A stretch of DNA of 64,000 nucleotides from the human T2T-CHM13v2.0 reference genome, Homo sapiens (GCF_009914755.1 NC_060938.1), one strand, 5' to 3'. Shown: positions 1 to 11,754, counted from the stretch's first letter. Numbers and translations are program-made. Notes: generated by a model from the letters alone, not told the origin.

Positions 1-55
1 TTCTTTAAAACATCTGTTCAATGGTACTTTGTTATCAACAAACCAATACAATACC

Positions 56-352
56 TTTTTTTTTTTTTTGAGACAGAGTTTTGCTCTTGTCACTCAGACT
101 GGAGTGAAATGGCACAATCTCATCTCACTGCAACCTCCGCCTCCCAGGTTCATGTGATTCTTCTGCCTCAGCCTCCCAAGTAGCTGGGATTACAAGCATG
201 CACCACTACACCCAGCTAATTTTTGTATTTTTAGTAGAGACAGGGTTTCATCTCATTGGCCAGGCTGGTCTTAAACTCCTGACCTCAAGTGATCCACCTG
301 CCTCAGCCTCCCAAAATGCTGGGATTATAGGCGTGAGCCACCATGCCCGGCC
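56..352 (-). mobile_element. Alu SINE (AluS, Sp/Sq-like), full length
   Basis: poly(T) 56-69 then antisense Alu dimer ending ...gagccaccatgcccggcc; degenerate TSD ccaatacaatacc / ccagtacaacact. Confidence 0.95.
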
Positions 353-633
353 CCAGTACAACACTTCTGAACTGCACTTCTCCATGAGGTGGTGTCTACC
401 TCCCTGGCTTTCCATAAAACATAAGCATAATTTACTCAAATCTTGGAAAGATAAAAGCAAGATTGTTCTTTAGCCCAGTGAGTACATTCTCACAACCCAA
501 TCAGAGAGTCCACAGCCTTAAGGAACTAGGGGGTTTTGATAACCAATGGACTCTCAAATCCTGGAACAGGTTAAATTTTCATGTTTCTGAATAGAAGCCA
601 GGTTTCACTATCAAAGATTACTTGCAGCCCTAC

Positions 634-669
634 CTGCTCTTTAACCCTGGACAACAGCCTATATGATAC
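634..669 (-). CDS. Candidate 36-nt internal exon, open in phase 2 with the 4975-4982 start (W-YHIGCCPGLKS-)
   Basis: minus strand cttgctcatgtctttcag|GTATCATATAGGCTGTTGTCCAGGGTTAAAGAGCAG|gtaggg; length is a multiple of 3; no stop in the inherited frame; non-repeat DNA. Confidence 0.3.
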
Positions 670-1077
670 CTGAAAGACATGAGCAAGTCTCCTGGGAAAC
701 CCAGAAAACTGAATAAGGTTAAAGTACACATTCCTGTGAAATTGTTTTACCAAGCATGCTTGCAAGAAAATAAAAACAATGGCTGCTTCTGAAACTCCCA
801 AGCATATATCTGACTTGGAGTTATATTGTACCTGCTAGCCACTCCCAGGCACAAACACCTGTTTGTACAAGATTTTAGTAACATTCTCATTCTTCATCTT
901 AAAACCTCACTATGTAAATTAAGAATACTTACAGTAGAGACTCAGGCTATCACGAATTGATCTGATATACCTGTACTTAGGTTTTCTCCCTTTTTATAGG
1001 CAAACAAAAGAGAAAAAGAGAGCCATAGTCAATCAGGAGAGGGACTGAAACTAGACTCTAACTAGATTTTCTGTCAA

Positions 1078-2215
1078 ACCATTCAAACCATTCAATCATT
1101 ATTAAATACCAGTTATGTGCTAAGGATACAGAATCTGAGAGTGGTAAGGAGGGGTGAGGAGTGGGGATAAGAATTAAGGTAGAGAGAGTTAGTATGGCAA
1201 GAATACTTGTAGTGGCAGTAGAAGAGAGTAAAAGACCCACAAAGGAGATGCCCCTTGAGCTGGACCTTTGAAAATAAGTCACTGTTCATTAAGTCAACAT
1301 AGAAGCCAGGAAGGCAGAGAAAGGAAAGTCATTCCCATCAGAACAGTAGAGAAAAAAACCACAAAGCATAGAGTGGGGTGTCCAGGGTCGGAAATATCTG
1401 GAGGAGGGCAGGCTGCATCTTGGATATTAGATGTTTGGGGCTTTATTTGACAGGCGGTGGAGAGCTACTGAAGGGTTTGTATGGGATTTGATCAGTTGTG
1501 TGTTTCAGAAAACTTACCTAGTTGACAATGTTCAAAATAAACTAGCACTGGGGATAGGCTGGATGCTGAGAGACTTATTAAAAGGTTATTTCAAGATGTA
1601 AGGTAAATGCACCTGACAGCAATAACTTAAGCGTACTCAGAATAATCCTATATGGCAGATGCCCCTGAATGTGTGTTCCAAGCTAGGGAATCCAGAAGTG
1701 GCCTACCTGGAGATCCGTTCCCTGTCTATGAGGAACATCTGAGCCCCTGTCCTGTCTCATGGAGCACAGGCTGTGCAGGGGATTGAGGCCTTAAGTTTTG
1801 AGTTAAATGAAGGTTGCCAGGTGGAGGTCATTAAGGAGAGGGTGTTAAGTGAAAATGCTGTCTAAACTGCATGCTGTTTGCAAGTGGTTGTGGTTTTCCT
1901 GCCCAGCCCACTGCACCTGGACTCTCTTTCTTGTATGTAAGCCCCTAATAAAACCCCATGTCTCATTTGATGGTTCTGGGTCTCTGTTCTTCGGCCTTTT
2001 GAACCAGGTGCCTTCCCTACTGAGGTTCATAAGGGTTCAGCACAACACATGAGCTCGGGAGAAATCAGAGGTAGAAAATGATGAGTCATTTCAGAGGTCA
2101 GTTGACCAATTTTGGTGGCCAGTTGAACAAAGAGAAGGAAAGCAAGGCCAAAGATGACTCTGAAGCTCTGAGGTTTCTAAAAGACAGGAAAGGATGCTAT
2201 TAACCGGAAAAATAA
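1078..2215 (-). mobile_element. Degraded L2 LINE, interrupted by the LTR at 1597-2047
   Basis: cattcaa..cattcaatc 3' end signature followed by purine-rich L2-like sequence on both sides of the LTR; boundaries approximate. Confidence 0.55.
1597..2047 (+). mobile_element. Solo LTR, ERVL class (LTR47-like)
   Basis: TG...CA termini (tgtaagg...cacaaca), 451 bp, internal AATAAA near 1947, 5-bp TSD caaga/catga. Confidence 0.8.
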
Positions 2216-2904
2216 ACCCAGAGAGAGTTTGGAAGCCTTGTGAACTTCCAGATTGTCTCTCATCACTTCTTACTGACACTAACAGGATCATAAAGTTGTG
2301 TGGAATGAACATAAAACTTTGTGATTAAAAAAACACAAAAAACATAAAACTTTGTGTATTCATTAATTTAAAGTAAAGAAAATAAACTTTTTCTTCAGAT
2401 GTCCAGTACTAACAACACACACATTTCAACTAGTTCCCTGGAAAGCAACTATATTTAACCTAATTGTAGGTTAATTATTGTGACTTTGTGACTAATTGTG
2501 ACTTTGAAAGACAATTATCAAATGGGAGAAACCCCAAATATTTCTTCTTGTAAATTAGTAAAGGTCTATATTAGCAAAGGTAACAACAGACCAAAAATGC
2601 TATTGATTTTAATAATTCAAGATTTATATTTTAACACAAAGAGGTGCAATATAACTCTAAGCTAGATTTATGCCTGGATGTGGGTGGGTATTCATTCAAT
2701 CAATGGGAGGACACAAGAGGAGATTCAGAAATAAAGGTTATTCCTATCCTCAAAAATTATCTGCTCTTATTTACCATGGGTTTGAACAAAATACAGGATA
2801 TACATTGGTTTGTGTTCAGTACTGCTTGTAAAAAGCATAGCAAGGGCTCTGTAAGACCAGTCATTAATAATATAGACTTGATCCTTAAATCTTTCCATTC
2901 TACA

Positions 2905-4135
2905 CACTATCTTTAGGCCATCTCTTCTACACAATTGTTGTCTTATGAGTCCAAATACCACCCTCTCTCCTGGGTTCCAGATCTTCCTCACCTGGGTACA
3001 ATGCCTCTCTGCTCAAACTGAACACAACCAAAACTGAAGTCAAATATTTTGTTACCCCAAATCTGCTGGTACCTTCTTTTGTATTTTCTATCTTGGTTAA
3101 CAGAATAACTGTCTACTTAGGCTCCCTAAGACTGAAAGTTGAGAGTCATCCAGGATAACTCATCCTAAAGACCTGGATCAGCCTCCATATTCATTCTTTT
3201 AGCTAAGTCAGCCATCTCCCCTTCCATCCACATTGTCACTGCCTTGTTTTAGAATCCCATTGTTCTTGTGTGAACAACTACAATATCCTTTTAGTTTTCC
3301 CCCTACCTCCAGTGTCAATTTTCCATAGAGTGATTCTTCTAAAGCATAAATTTCTAAACTACCACCATATTCATTGGCTAAATATGTGTCAAGAGCTTCT
3401 TCTTGCCTTCAGGATAAATTCAAACACCTTCTGTAGTAAGAAAAGTAATAGCCTTCCAAAGACGTGCGTGTCCTGGTCTCCAGTACTAGTAACACAGCCA
3501 TAAGCTAAAGAATACAGCCAGGCTCTAGAAGCTGAAAAAATGCAAGGAACAGATTCTCCCCTGGAGCATCCAAAAGGAATATAATTCTGCCAACCCTTAA
3601 TTTTAGCCCCCATAAGACCCATTTCAGACATGTGACCTCTTGAGCTGTAAAATAATAAATTTGTATTGTTTTAAGCTACCAAGTCTATGATAATTTGTTA
3701 CAAAGGCAAAAGAAAGCTAAAACTCCTTTGTCTGGCATACAGAGCCGTTGTATGTGTCTGTACGGGCCCTACCTACCAGTGAAGCCATACCTCCCAAGTG
3801 CCAAATCATATATTAATTTTCTCACGTTTCTATGCCTGTTGATGCAGGACTTTTCTATCTTCTCTACTAATTTTTCAAGATTCTACTAAAGCATGATCTC
3901 TTTTGAGAAAACTTCCCGGTCTTTGAGATGGAGTCACATGTCCCATGCTCTGCATCCTTCAATTCTTCTATATCTAACTCTGCTTTGCACTTAGCACAGT
4001 CTACCAGGTAGCCTGCTTTGTCTGTATCCTCTAGTAGACCATGAGCTATCTGAGAGCAGACACTCTATGATAATTCATCTCTGCACCCCAGTAGCTAACA
4101 CAATGCATAACCCATAAAGCCAAATTGAATTCAAT
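2905..4135 (+). mobile_element. Degraded L2 LINE, split by the MLT1 fragment
   Basis: L2-like pyrimidine-rich motifs (aaaactgaa.tc, tagaccatgagct..tgagagcaga, catctctgcaccccagta); boundaries approximate. Confidence 0.6.
3495..3723 (+). mobile_element. MaLR LTR fragment (MLT1D/E-like 3' half)
   Basis: ctagaagctg..aaggaacagattctcccctggagc..ctgtaaaataataaatttgtattgttttaagc..taatttgttaca. Confidence 0.8.
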
Positions 4136-4974
4136 TAATAGTAAGAAGAAAAATAGGACAGTAGACCAAAGGGAAGCAAGGTTAAAAAAAAAAAGTGGGT
4201 TTCAAGATGATGAGAAACCTTAATTTATTGCAGATAAATGGCAAAAGAGCCAAGGAAGGAAGAGGGAATAAATATGCAAATGAAAAAAGAAAGAGAAATT
4301 TATTTTAGTACTCTGAAAGTAGTCCAAATAAATGAGATCACTGGCAAAAATGGAGGAACTATCCTTGAAAAGGAGGAAAGTTTTTTCCTTTAAGTAAGAA
4401 AAAAAGCAAAGATTTAATGTAATTAAAAGTTAATATTCAGATAGGAAAAGGAAAGGTATATATTTTCACAGGGTTAAGGACTTAATTTTACTGTAAGGCA
4501 TTACATTTATGTAGTTTCCCTATATTATCTTTCTTCAAAATCTTGCAGCATAATTTTCATAATATGTCAAATAACTATTAGGTCTTAAGACATTTTTAGC
4601 GTAGCAGATTCTTTTCCAAGTCACAAAGACATTGCAGTATTCCTAGGTGCTTCCTTCCACAAAAGAAACTACAGTTTATTTCTAACCAGTTCAAGTTCTG
4701 CTAACATAGCCCCTAGCAAATCTCTCCCAGGCTGAAGTCAAAACAGTTTCTGTCCCTTGATCTCTAGGCCACAGCACCTCAACTACATTCTCTTAAATGT
4801 ATTTTTCACAAACAAAACACACAGACGTTTACTCGAAAATTCCATCCCTACTGATGACAGTGCTGATGAGATGACATCAAAATGCTGCACAAATAAAGGA
4901 ATATTGAGAAGTCTACATAGCCACCTGCCACCAAGGAAAACAACACGAGGGCACATCTCTGACGCTGCACTCAC

Positions 4975-4982
4975 CAAGCCAT
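4975..4982 (-). CDS. Putative start codon and 8 coding nt (Met-Ala-Trp/Cys, phase 2) at the end of a first exon of an unidentified gene
   Basis: minus strand caaaaATGGCTTG|GTGAGT: A at -3 and G at +4 (strong Kozak) directly followed by a consensus U2 donor; non-repeat context. Confidence 0.55.
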
Positions 4983-5320
4983 TTTTGGAGTCAAAAAAAA
5001 AAAAACTTCTCACATTAACAGATTGTGAAGCCAAAACAACACAGCTCTCCTGGCAAGAAACATACTATGAAAGCTCAAGCAGAAGAATTTCTGGCGCCAA
5101 TATTCCAAAGACAGCTGTTCTCTGTTACAAACGACCCACCACCACAGCACTCCTCTAGGGGGAACTGCTGCTGAGTCAGCAGCTTTGGGTTTTTGGGGTT
5201 GGTTTTTATCCGCATCGCTTTCTCCAATGGTATTTAGGAAAGGTTCGTTCTTAGCCAAAGGGGTCAGACTCTTAAAACCAATAAAAAAGCATGGTCAGGT
5301 CGCAGGCACGGGACTAAGAT
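4983..5320 (-). promoter_or_regulatory. Putative non-CpG-island promoter and 5' UTR (TSS about 5175-5185)
   Basis: GATAAAAA TATA-like box (5210-5203), MARE palindrome, RUNX TGTGGT (accaca near 5141), ccaat at 5224 and 5278, locally elevated CpG, leads into the ATG/donor at 4982-4969. Confidence 0.55.
5167..5183. promoter_or_regulatory. Perfect T-MARE (Maf recognition element; also an AP-1 / NF-E2-NRF2-BACH ARE)
   Basis: gcTGCTGAGTCAGCAgc, a 17-bp palindrome around the central base. Confidence 0.75.
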
Positions 5321-7297
5321 GCCCAGATTCTCAATCAGAGCTTCCATTTCCCATATAGCATGGGTCTAAGCATATGGTCTCGTCCCTGTAAGGAGAAACT
5401 CATTATCATCTCATCTTTTTGCCTAGTTTTCAGTGTCCTATATAGCTGGCTGCCACCATATTTGACATGTCCATTTGTAATACTCCATTTCAGGCAGGTT
5501 TTATACCATTTCTATGACTTTTTTAAAAAGATCATCTCACCTAATTCAAAAACAAATAAAACCAAAAGGACCACATCTCATTATCACATTCATATATTCA
5601 ATTAATATTCTTTAAGCCGCTTCTGTATGAAGGCACTGGGCCTTCCCACAAAGGAAGCCAAAGGCATGAGGAGGTAAACACCACTGCTCACTGGATGTCA
5701 TTCAGTTCATCAGTAACAATTTTTTCCTAAGTGGCTACTCTGTTTCCAGCATCACAGCGTTGCAGAGGATTTATAAGACAGAGGCCCTACTCCCACAGAC
5801 TTAACATAGCAGTTTGAAAGCCAAAACACATACAAATCAAATAACTAGAGAAAGTCGTAAGAGACAAAGGAAAGAGCTTCTTCTAAGGCAGATAAGAGTC
5901 AACAAAAAGGGGTACTTAAATGTGGGCTAAATCAGACAAAATTTAGGACATTCAGAAAAGCTGTCATCTGAGCTGAGTGTACTTTCTAGTGGAGTTGGGT
6001 TTGGGATCGCATCACAGGAAAAGCAAACACTTGAGCTGGGTGCTGAGTTGAGAATTTGCACAGCATTTTGAAGACTGCCCAGAATATTTCCCAATTTGAT
6101 CAAAGAAATGGTTGAAAATACTCCCTTCATGCATACAAAGTACAGAAAATATCCTAGGTTGGGGTTAGGGGGAGAGTGCAAAGGGAATTATGTGAAAAAC
6201 TACTCCTGGAGCAATATTACTTTCCCTTAAGGGAGGAAACACTAACGCTCTCAACTCTCGCCTCATTCTATTATTAAAAAAAAAAAAAAAACACAGAAGT
6301 GCTTTGGACTTACTCTCTCTCTTATGAAAAAAAATGCTCTTTACATTGGTATTTACAAATTACATTATATGTGGAAATGACAATACTAATAAGACATGAT
6401 GGCTTGTGTTGAATTGGACCAAAGAGAGACACCAGAGATCAATGAAGGCACAAGATTCCATGCCTCAGATTCTTCAAGTCTCATTTTTATGATTTCACAA
6501 AACACAGCATAGGAATATTACATAACATTCATAATTCACAGAATAAAAGCATTCCTGTCAAAGGCTAGTAGATGTCAAAAAGTACTATAACTGCTAAACT
6601 TTCAGTCATGTGCGTTGAATTTATATTTCCAACATTAAGAAATAGTTTGGAAATAAACAAATCAAGCATTAACATCAACAACAAAGAATAAGACAAAGCC
6701 GGACTTGTAATATTAAAATGGTGTCTTAGTAGCTAAAAGAAGTTTCAGTCTTAAATCATAACACTTTACTAACCCAGTGAGAAAGTGGGGGAGAGAACAT
6801 TGAAGATAAAGTTAATGGTTCTAACATTTTATCAAAACAAGAACTACTCTTCTCCTTGGAGATGTTTTTTTCTTCCTTTCAGATCATTTTGGTGACCTTT
6901 TATTACTCTTCTAGCTTGATCTTTAGTAACCTGGAAATAGTGAATGAGCAGTTCTCAAGGCAAATATAAGAGCAAAAACAATCTGCATTCTAGCAGTGAG
7001 CTGCTGGAAAACCCAAGTTATCTTATTCAAGGGTTGGATGCAAAATACTAAAAACAAATCTGCAGCAAAAAGAGATTGGCATTTTGTTGTTGTTGTTAAA
7101 TAAAGAGGGAGTTTGGCAAGACTTGCTACGTTTTTAAAAGAAAAAAGAATTGCACTGTTTAGCCGAAAGTATTTTGTATATAGGAAATGCTCAAAAAAAT
7201 AGTAAAGAATTAATTATTTTAACTTATTTTAACTGTGAAAATTTCAAATTCAAAAAACCTTAATCAGCTTAGCCTTGCCTATACAATGAAGACAGGT

Positions 7298-7470
7298 CTT
7301 TTTATTTTTTTCCAGCTTTATTGAGGTATAACGGACAAATTAAAATTGTATATATTTAGGATATACAACATGGTGTTTTGATATATGTATACATTGTGAG
7401 ATGAGTAACACAATTAAGCTAATTAGCATAACCCTCACTTCACATAGTTACCATTTTTTTGTATGATAAG
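7298..7470 (-). mobile_element. L1MA-type (L1MA8-10-like) 3' end fragment
   Basis: ttttccagctttattgaggtataa..caaattaaaattgtatatattt..atacattgtga..cacatagttaccattttttt. Confidence 0.85.
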
Positions 7471-8642
7471 AGGGAATTTTACCTGTCTTCATACTTTTCC
7501 TCACCACCACTCACCTCTACTTTCAACCAAATCTGCCAGGCAATCATCTTCCACTCAGTAAACAGGAACTCCTTATTATACAATTACTTTCTATTGCTTT
7601 TGTGCTATAAACAAACACAAAATTTCAATCAAAAAAAGGTAACATTTGGCCTAGATTATTTTTCATGTTCTTCCACTTGGCAGAAATCTATGAAAAGCAG
7701 ATGGAGAAATAGTGGTGACTCAAAACAAAAAACAACACACTTACAGTCTTTTTATAAAAATCGGAACAGTTCTGCATGCAAATATTTAATCTGTCTTGGT
7801 AGACACAATGAATATTCAATAGGCACAGTCAAGAAAAAGACAAATTTGATATAGAAGACTATCAAGTGATATCTGTTACCAAGCAATCTATATTTTGAAT
7901 ACCTGAAACTTTCCCAGTCTCTAAGTAACACATTTTTGGAAAATAAAACTCACAGAGTGTTTTTAGATTACACGCACACTTATATTCCTCCTTGATGGAT
8001 CTAAAAGGTGAAAATAGGGCTGTGATAGTTCACAGAATTTCTCAATCTGTCTAGAAAGAGCAATAAATATCTACTAAATTTTGATTTTTTTTCTAGTGAA
8101 GTACTATTACACTGAGGCCCTTCTACAAAATTAAATCTTCTTAAAAATTTTTGAAAATAATTATAATTGCTTACAATGTTTACCAAAGGCTCATGTCAGC
8201 TCCCAAAATTTAGAATATAGCATTTAAAAAAAATTTTATCGAGAACCTAGCTCATCGTCATTACCACTATTATTATTTAAATGAAACAAAGATACTAAAA
8301 AATTGCAGGATACAAAAAACATTTCACATAAAATAAAATAATATTTGGGAAAGATCTGTATTACTTAAACATGCGAGGCATGGTAGCAAAATAAATATCA
8401 AAGAAAAGCAGAGCTGTTTATTTCAGTTAACTTCTGGACTTCTTGCTGATTGAATATAATATTTCTTTGTTAGCAGGAGATTCACTAAAAACAGCATGGC
8501 TTTAGAAGAGAGCACTAAAGCCAAAAACCTATTTACTTCATGGTATTGAGAAACTTCATATTATTTCATAATAAGTACATCTTCTTTGACTTTTTTAATA
8601 GTTTTTTTTAAAGTTTTAATATTTGGAACCCACAGACGCATG

Positions 8643-8668
8643 CACACACACACATACACACACACACA
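8643..8668. repeat. (CA)n microsatellite, one interruption
   Basis: direct reading. Confidence 0.9.
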
Positions 8669-8696
8669 GAGATTTTATTCATACATAGTCATGAAC

Positions 8697-9214
8697 TGTG
8701 AAGGGACTGAGGTTTTAACCTCTTGCAAGCTAACAAGTGAGCCTGCCATAGCTTCACAGATGATGGCAGAAGAGATTAGCCTCCTAGGTGAGAGAAAAAG
8801 AACTTTATTACTCGCAACAGCAGGCATAAGCTTCACATTTACACCGGTTCCCCTTGCCCCTCGAAGCCCATGGGGGTAATCTCAAGAAGCCCAGGTGGAT
8901 GCTGAGCACACAGTGGGTTTGCTTCACAGCCACAGAACACAGGAACACCAAGCTAAAGGAAACCCCGTCTTTTACAATGGGCAGCAAACAAACCTGCCCA
9001 CCTTCAACCCTGAGGGAAATATGATTTGTATTATACTAGCAGTAAATAAACCTACCCTTGGTCCAGAGAAGGCCAGACTCTATCTCTGTCTTCCAAGGCT
9101 GTTCACTATAAAAACATCCTTGAAGGATCATCTGCAACAAAAAGCTGTCAGTGCTTCTGCTCACAAGAGTGCAGAGAAATACAAGAGACCCATGAAGAGC
9201 TGTCTCCCAATACA
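8697..9214 (-). mobile_element. Solo ERVL LTR (LTR40-like)
   Basis: minus-strand start ttgggagacagctcttcatgggtctct..ttctctgcac; about 515 bp; minus-strand AATAAA (tttatt) near the 3' end. Confidence 0.7.
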
Positions 9215-9493
9215 TTGATATTACCTGTAACCTATATATATTGTTTGTGACCTATAAGTCACAGTTTCCTTGGAAAGCCTCCTATCTCTTTAAATATTCT
9301 CTTTTAATAGAACTCCAAGGCCCTATCTATCTCTACTGTGAAAACGTCTTTGTTCTCCCAGGGCCCGGCCTTCCTTAATAATTCTGAGAACCCTAGAGGC
9401 CTGGTCAAGGCAAAAGCCAATTCTGATTGCTCTCACATCCTTCCTGGATGTGAAACTGCTGGATGAGTCCATGCAAGGTACTGTGGATTACCT

Positions 9494-10011
9494 TGTATAT
9501 AGCTTTATATTGCTGCCACAACAAATCACTTCAAATGGATCAGCTTAAACCCATACTCACTTATCACCTTATTGTTTCTATGGGCCAGAAGTCTGGGCAG
9601 CAAATAGCTCAGTTGGATTCCCTGAGTCTCAGAAGGCCAAAATCAAGGTGTCAGCAGAGCTGAGTTCCTTATTGGATGCCCTGGAAAAGAATCCACTCCC
9701 AAGCTCATTCAGGATGTTGGCAGAACTCCACATGGTCCTTCCATCTTCAAGCTGGCAATGGTATGTCAAGTCCTTCTGACACATCACATCTCTCTGACTT
9801 CCTCTTCTTTTCTGCTCTCTGTTGTCAAAGGTTTATATAATTCCACTGGATCCATTCAAATAATCCAAGAGAATCTCTCTATTTTAAGGTCAATAAATTA
9901 GCAAACTTAATTATATCTGTAAAGGTCCTTTTGCCATGTAAGGTAACATACTCATAGTCCCAGGGATTAGGGTGTGGGATCTTCTTGGGGGACAATAAAT
10001 TCATCTACCAC
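9494..10011 (-). mobile_element. MaLR solo LTR (MLT1E-like)
   Basis: ttgctgccacaacaaatcac..aaatcaaggtgtcagcag..aagctcattcagg..taaggtaacata..ctaccaca. Confidence 0.75.
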
Positions 10012-10178
10012 ACCCTGCTATGCAAAGTGTGGTCCTCTGACCAGCCGTATTCACATCACCTGGGAATTTGTTAGAAATTTGGAATTCCAGAATTCACCCC
10101 ATATTCAATGAATTAAAATCTGCATTTTAACAAGCTCTCCAGATGACTGATATCCACATTAAAGTCTAACAAGTACTG
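10012..10178. mobile_element. MER5B-like hAT-Charlie MITE
   Basis: aaagtgtggtcc..catcacctggga.ttgttagaaat..atctgcattttaacaag..acattaaagt..agtactg. Confidence 0.75.
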
Positions 10179-10734
10179 AATATCTATAGATATGTATCAT
10201 CCAACGGTGTTGCCACTCAACAAGTTAGAGACAGTCAAAATGTTGGTAGAAAGAAAAGATCCCTCCATTTATCCCTGCTAATGCCAATGCGCCAATGTCT
10301 CTACTTGACAACACCTAGAGAGCTGGAGTTGGGGCTAAGATACTTGCTTTGATCATTGCCACCTGCTGCTGGTCTAGATCTTGCCCAGGTAGCAAAGATT
10401 CCTTAGGCTGCGGAAGGAGGACATTTCTTCCCTGAGGGTTATAATCTTTCATTTCAAACACACACAGCCAATGTCCTCAGACTGTGTTCACTGTAAGGTG
10501 GATTGGTAAGAAAAAAGCTTCACATTCTTATTCTCATCTTATACCTGAAACCATTCCTCCTCAACACCCAATGACCTGGTGGCAATCCCAGGTGCTACTT
10601 CAGACCTGCCTTGCTATATAGGGAATTTTCCCTTAGGAGCTGGTACTTTCTTGCAGCTGAACTTCGCTGGGGCTACTTCCATCCATCAAAGATATTTTAG
10701 AAATCTGAATATCAAAAAAGATATCCTTAGTCCC

Positions 10735-11293
10735 TGTCATGGCTGATTTTTGGTGTCAGCTTGAATTAAGGGATACCCAGATAGGCAGTAAAGTATTATT
10801 TATTCTCAATCATTGTATTGATGATTCAATATGAATCAATGCGTCAATAGGCATTGGGCCCATCCCTCTTCCGCTGAAAGGGAAACTTAGGTAGTTTGGC
10901 ATTTGATTAGTATGATTGGGTGGCCTCAGGAATTTCTATGGGGGTGTTTCCAGAGGAGACTGGCATGTGAGTCAGTGAACTGAGTGGGGAAATTCCACCC
11001 TCAAAGTGGGCAGGCATCATTCAATAGGCTGGGGCCCAAGTGGAACAAAAAGGCAGAGGGAGGGCAGATTCTTGCTCTGTCGTTAACTGAGCTGGGACAC
11101 TCTTCCTTTTCTGCCCTTAAATGCCAGAAATCTGAGCTTTCTGGCTTTTTTTGGACTACAGGCCTCACACCAGCAGTTCCCAGGCTCTTGGGCTTTCAGC
11201 TTTGGACTGAGTTACACCATCAGCTTCGTTGGTTCTATGGCCACCTATCATGGAACTTCTCAGTCTCCATAATCAAGTGAGCCAATTTCCCCT

Positions 11294-11331
<38 letters not shown>

Positions 11332-11375
11332 CCCCCCCCCACCCCACCCCCGCCCCTCAGGCAGATAGATTAGAT

Positions 11376-11425
<50 letters not shown>

Positions 11426-11478
11426 TAGATATAGATATTCTATCAGTTTTGTCTCCCCGGAAAGCTCTAACTAAAATA
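10735..11478 (+). mobile_element. ERVL solo LTR (MLT2B/C-like) with expanded internal simple repeats
   Basis: tgtcatggctgatt..gtgtcagcttga..gtttccagaggagactggcatgtgagtcagtg..gtgagccaatt..ctaactaa. Confidence 0.8.
11299..11437. repeat. Compound STR: (CT)n, C-tracts, (AGAT)12 (11377-11424)
   Basis: direct reading. Confidence 0.95.
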
Positions 11479-11754
11479 GTCCGTATGCAGTTTTCTAATA
11501 CAAAATCTGATTCCAATAAATCCAGGACTCTTTCATAACATGTAATTTCATCACACTTACTCATTAGACAATGGGAACAGAAACTAAATTACAGTTTGGA
11601 GTCAAGGCTCCAGGTCACTTTCAATTGGAATAAAAATTAGTTTGTTTAATATTATAACATTACTCTTTAAAATACAGAGAACTAGAAGTTGCATTTAAAT
11701 TAAGACAGAGAATAATAAAAGGCACCATTAATTTGCTCAAACCTGAATTTTACA

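Noticed and set aside
198-473. Alu-derived ORFs (also 21314-21655, 30495-30767, 36960-37253, 43859-44311, 55359-55547)
   Set aside because: Standard Alu translation artefacts
4975-4982. Assigning a gene symbol to the M-A-W/C start
   Set aside because: Eight coding nucleotides are not enough; no gene was truly recognised
4757-5158. 133-aa plus-strand ORF over the putative promoter
   Set aside because: Non-ATG start, crosses a poly(A) run, antisense to the better-supported exon
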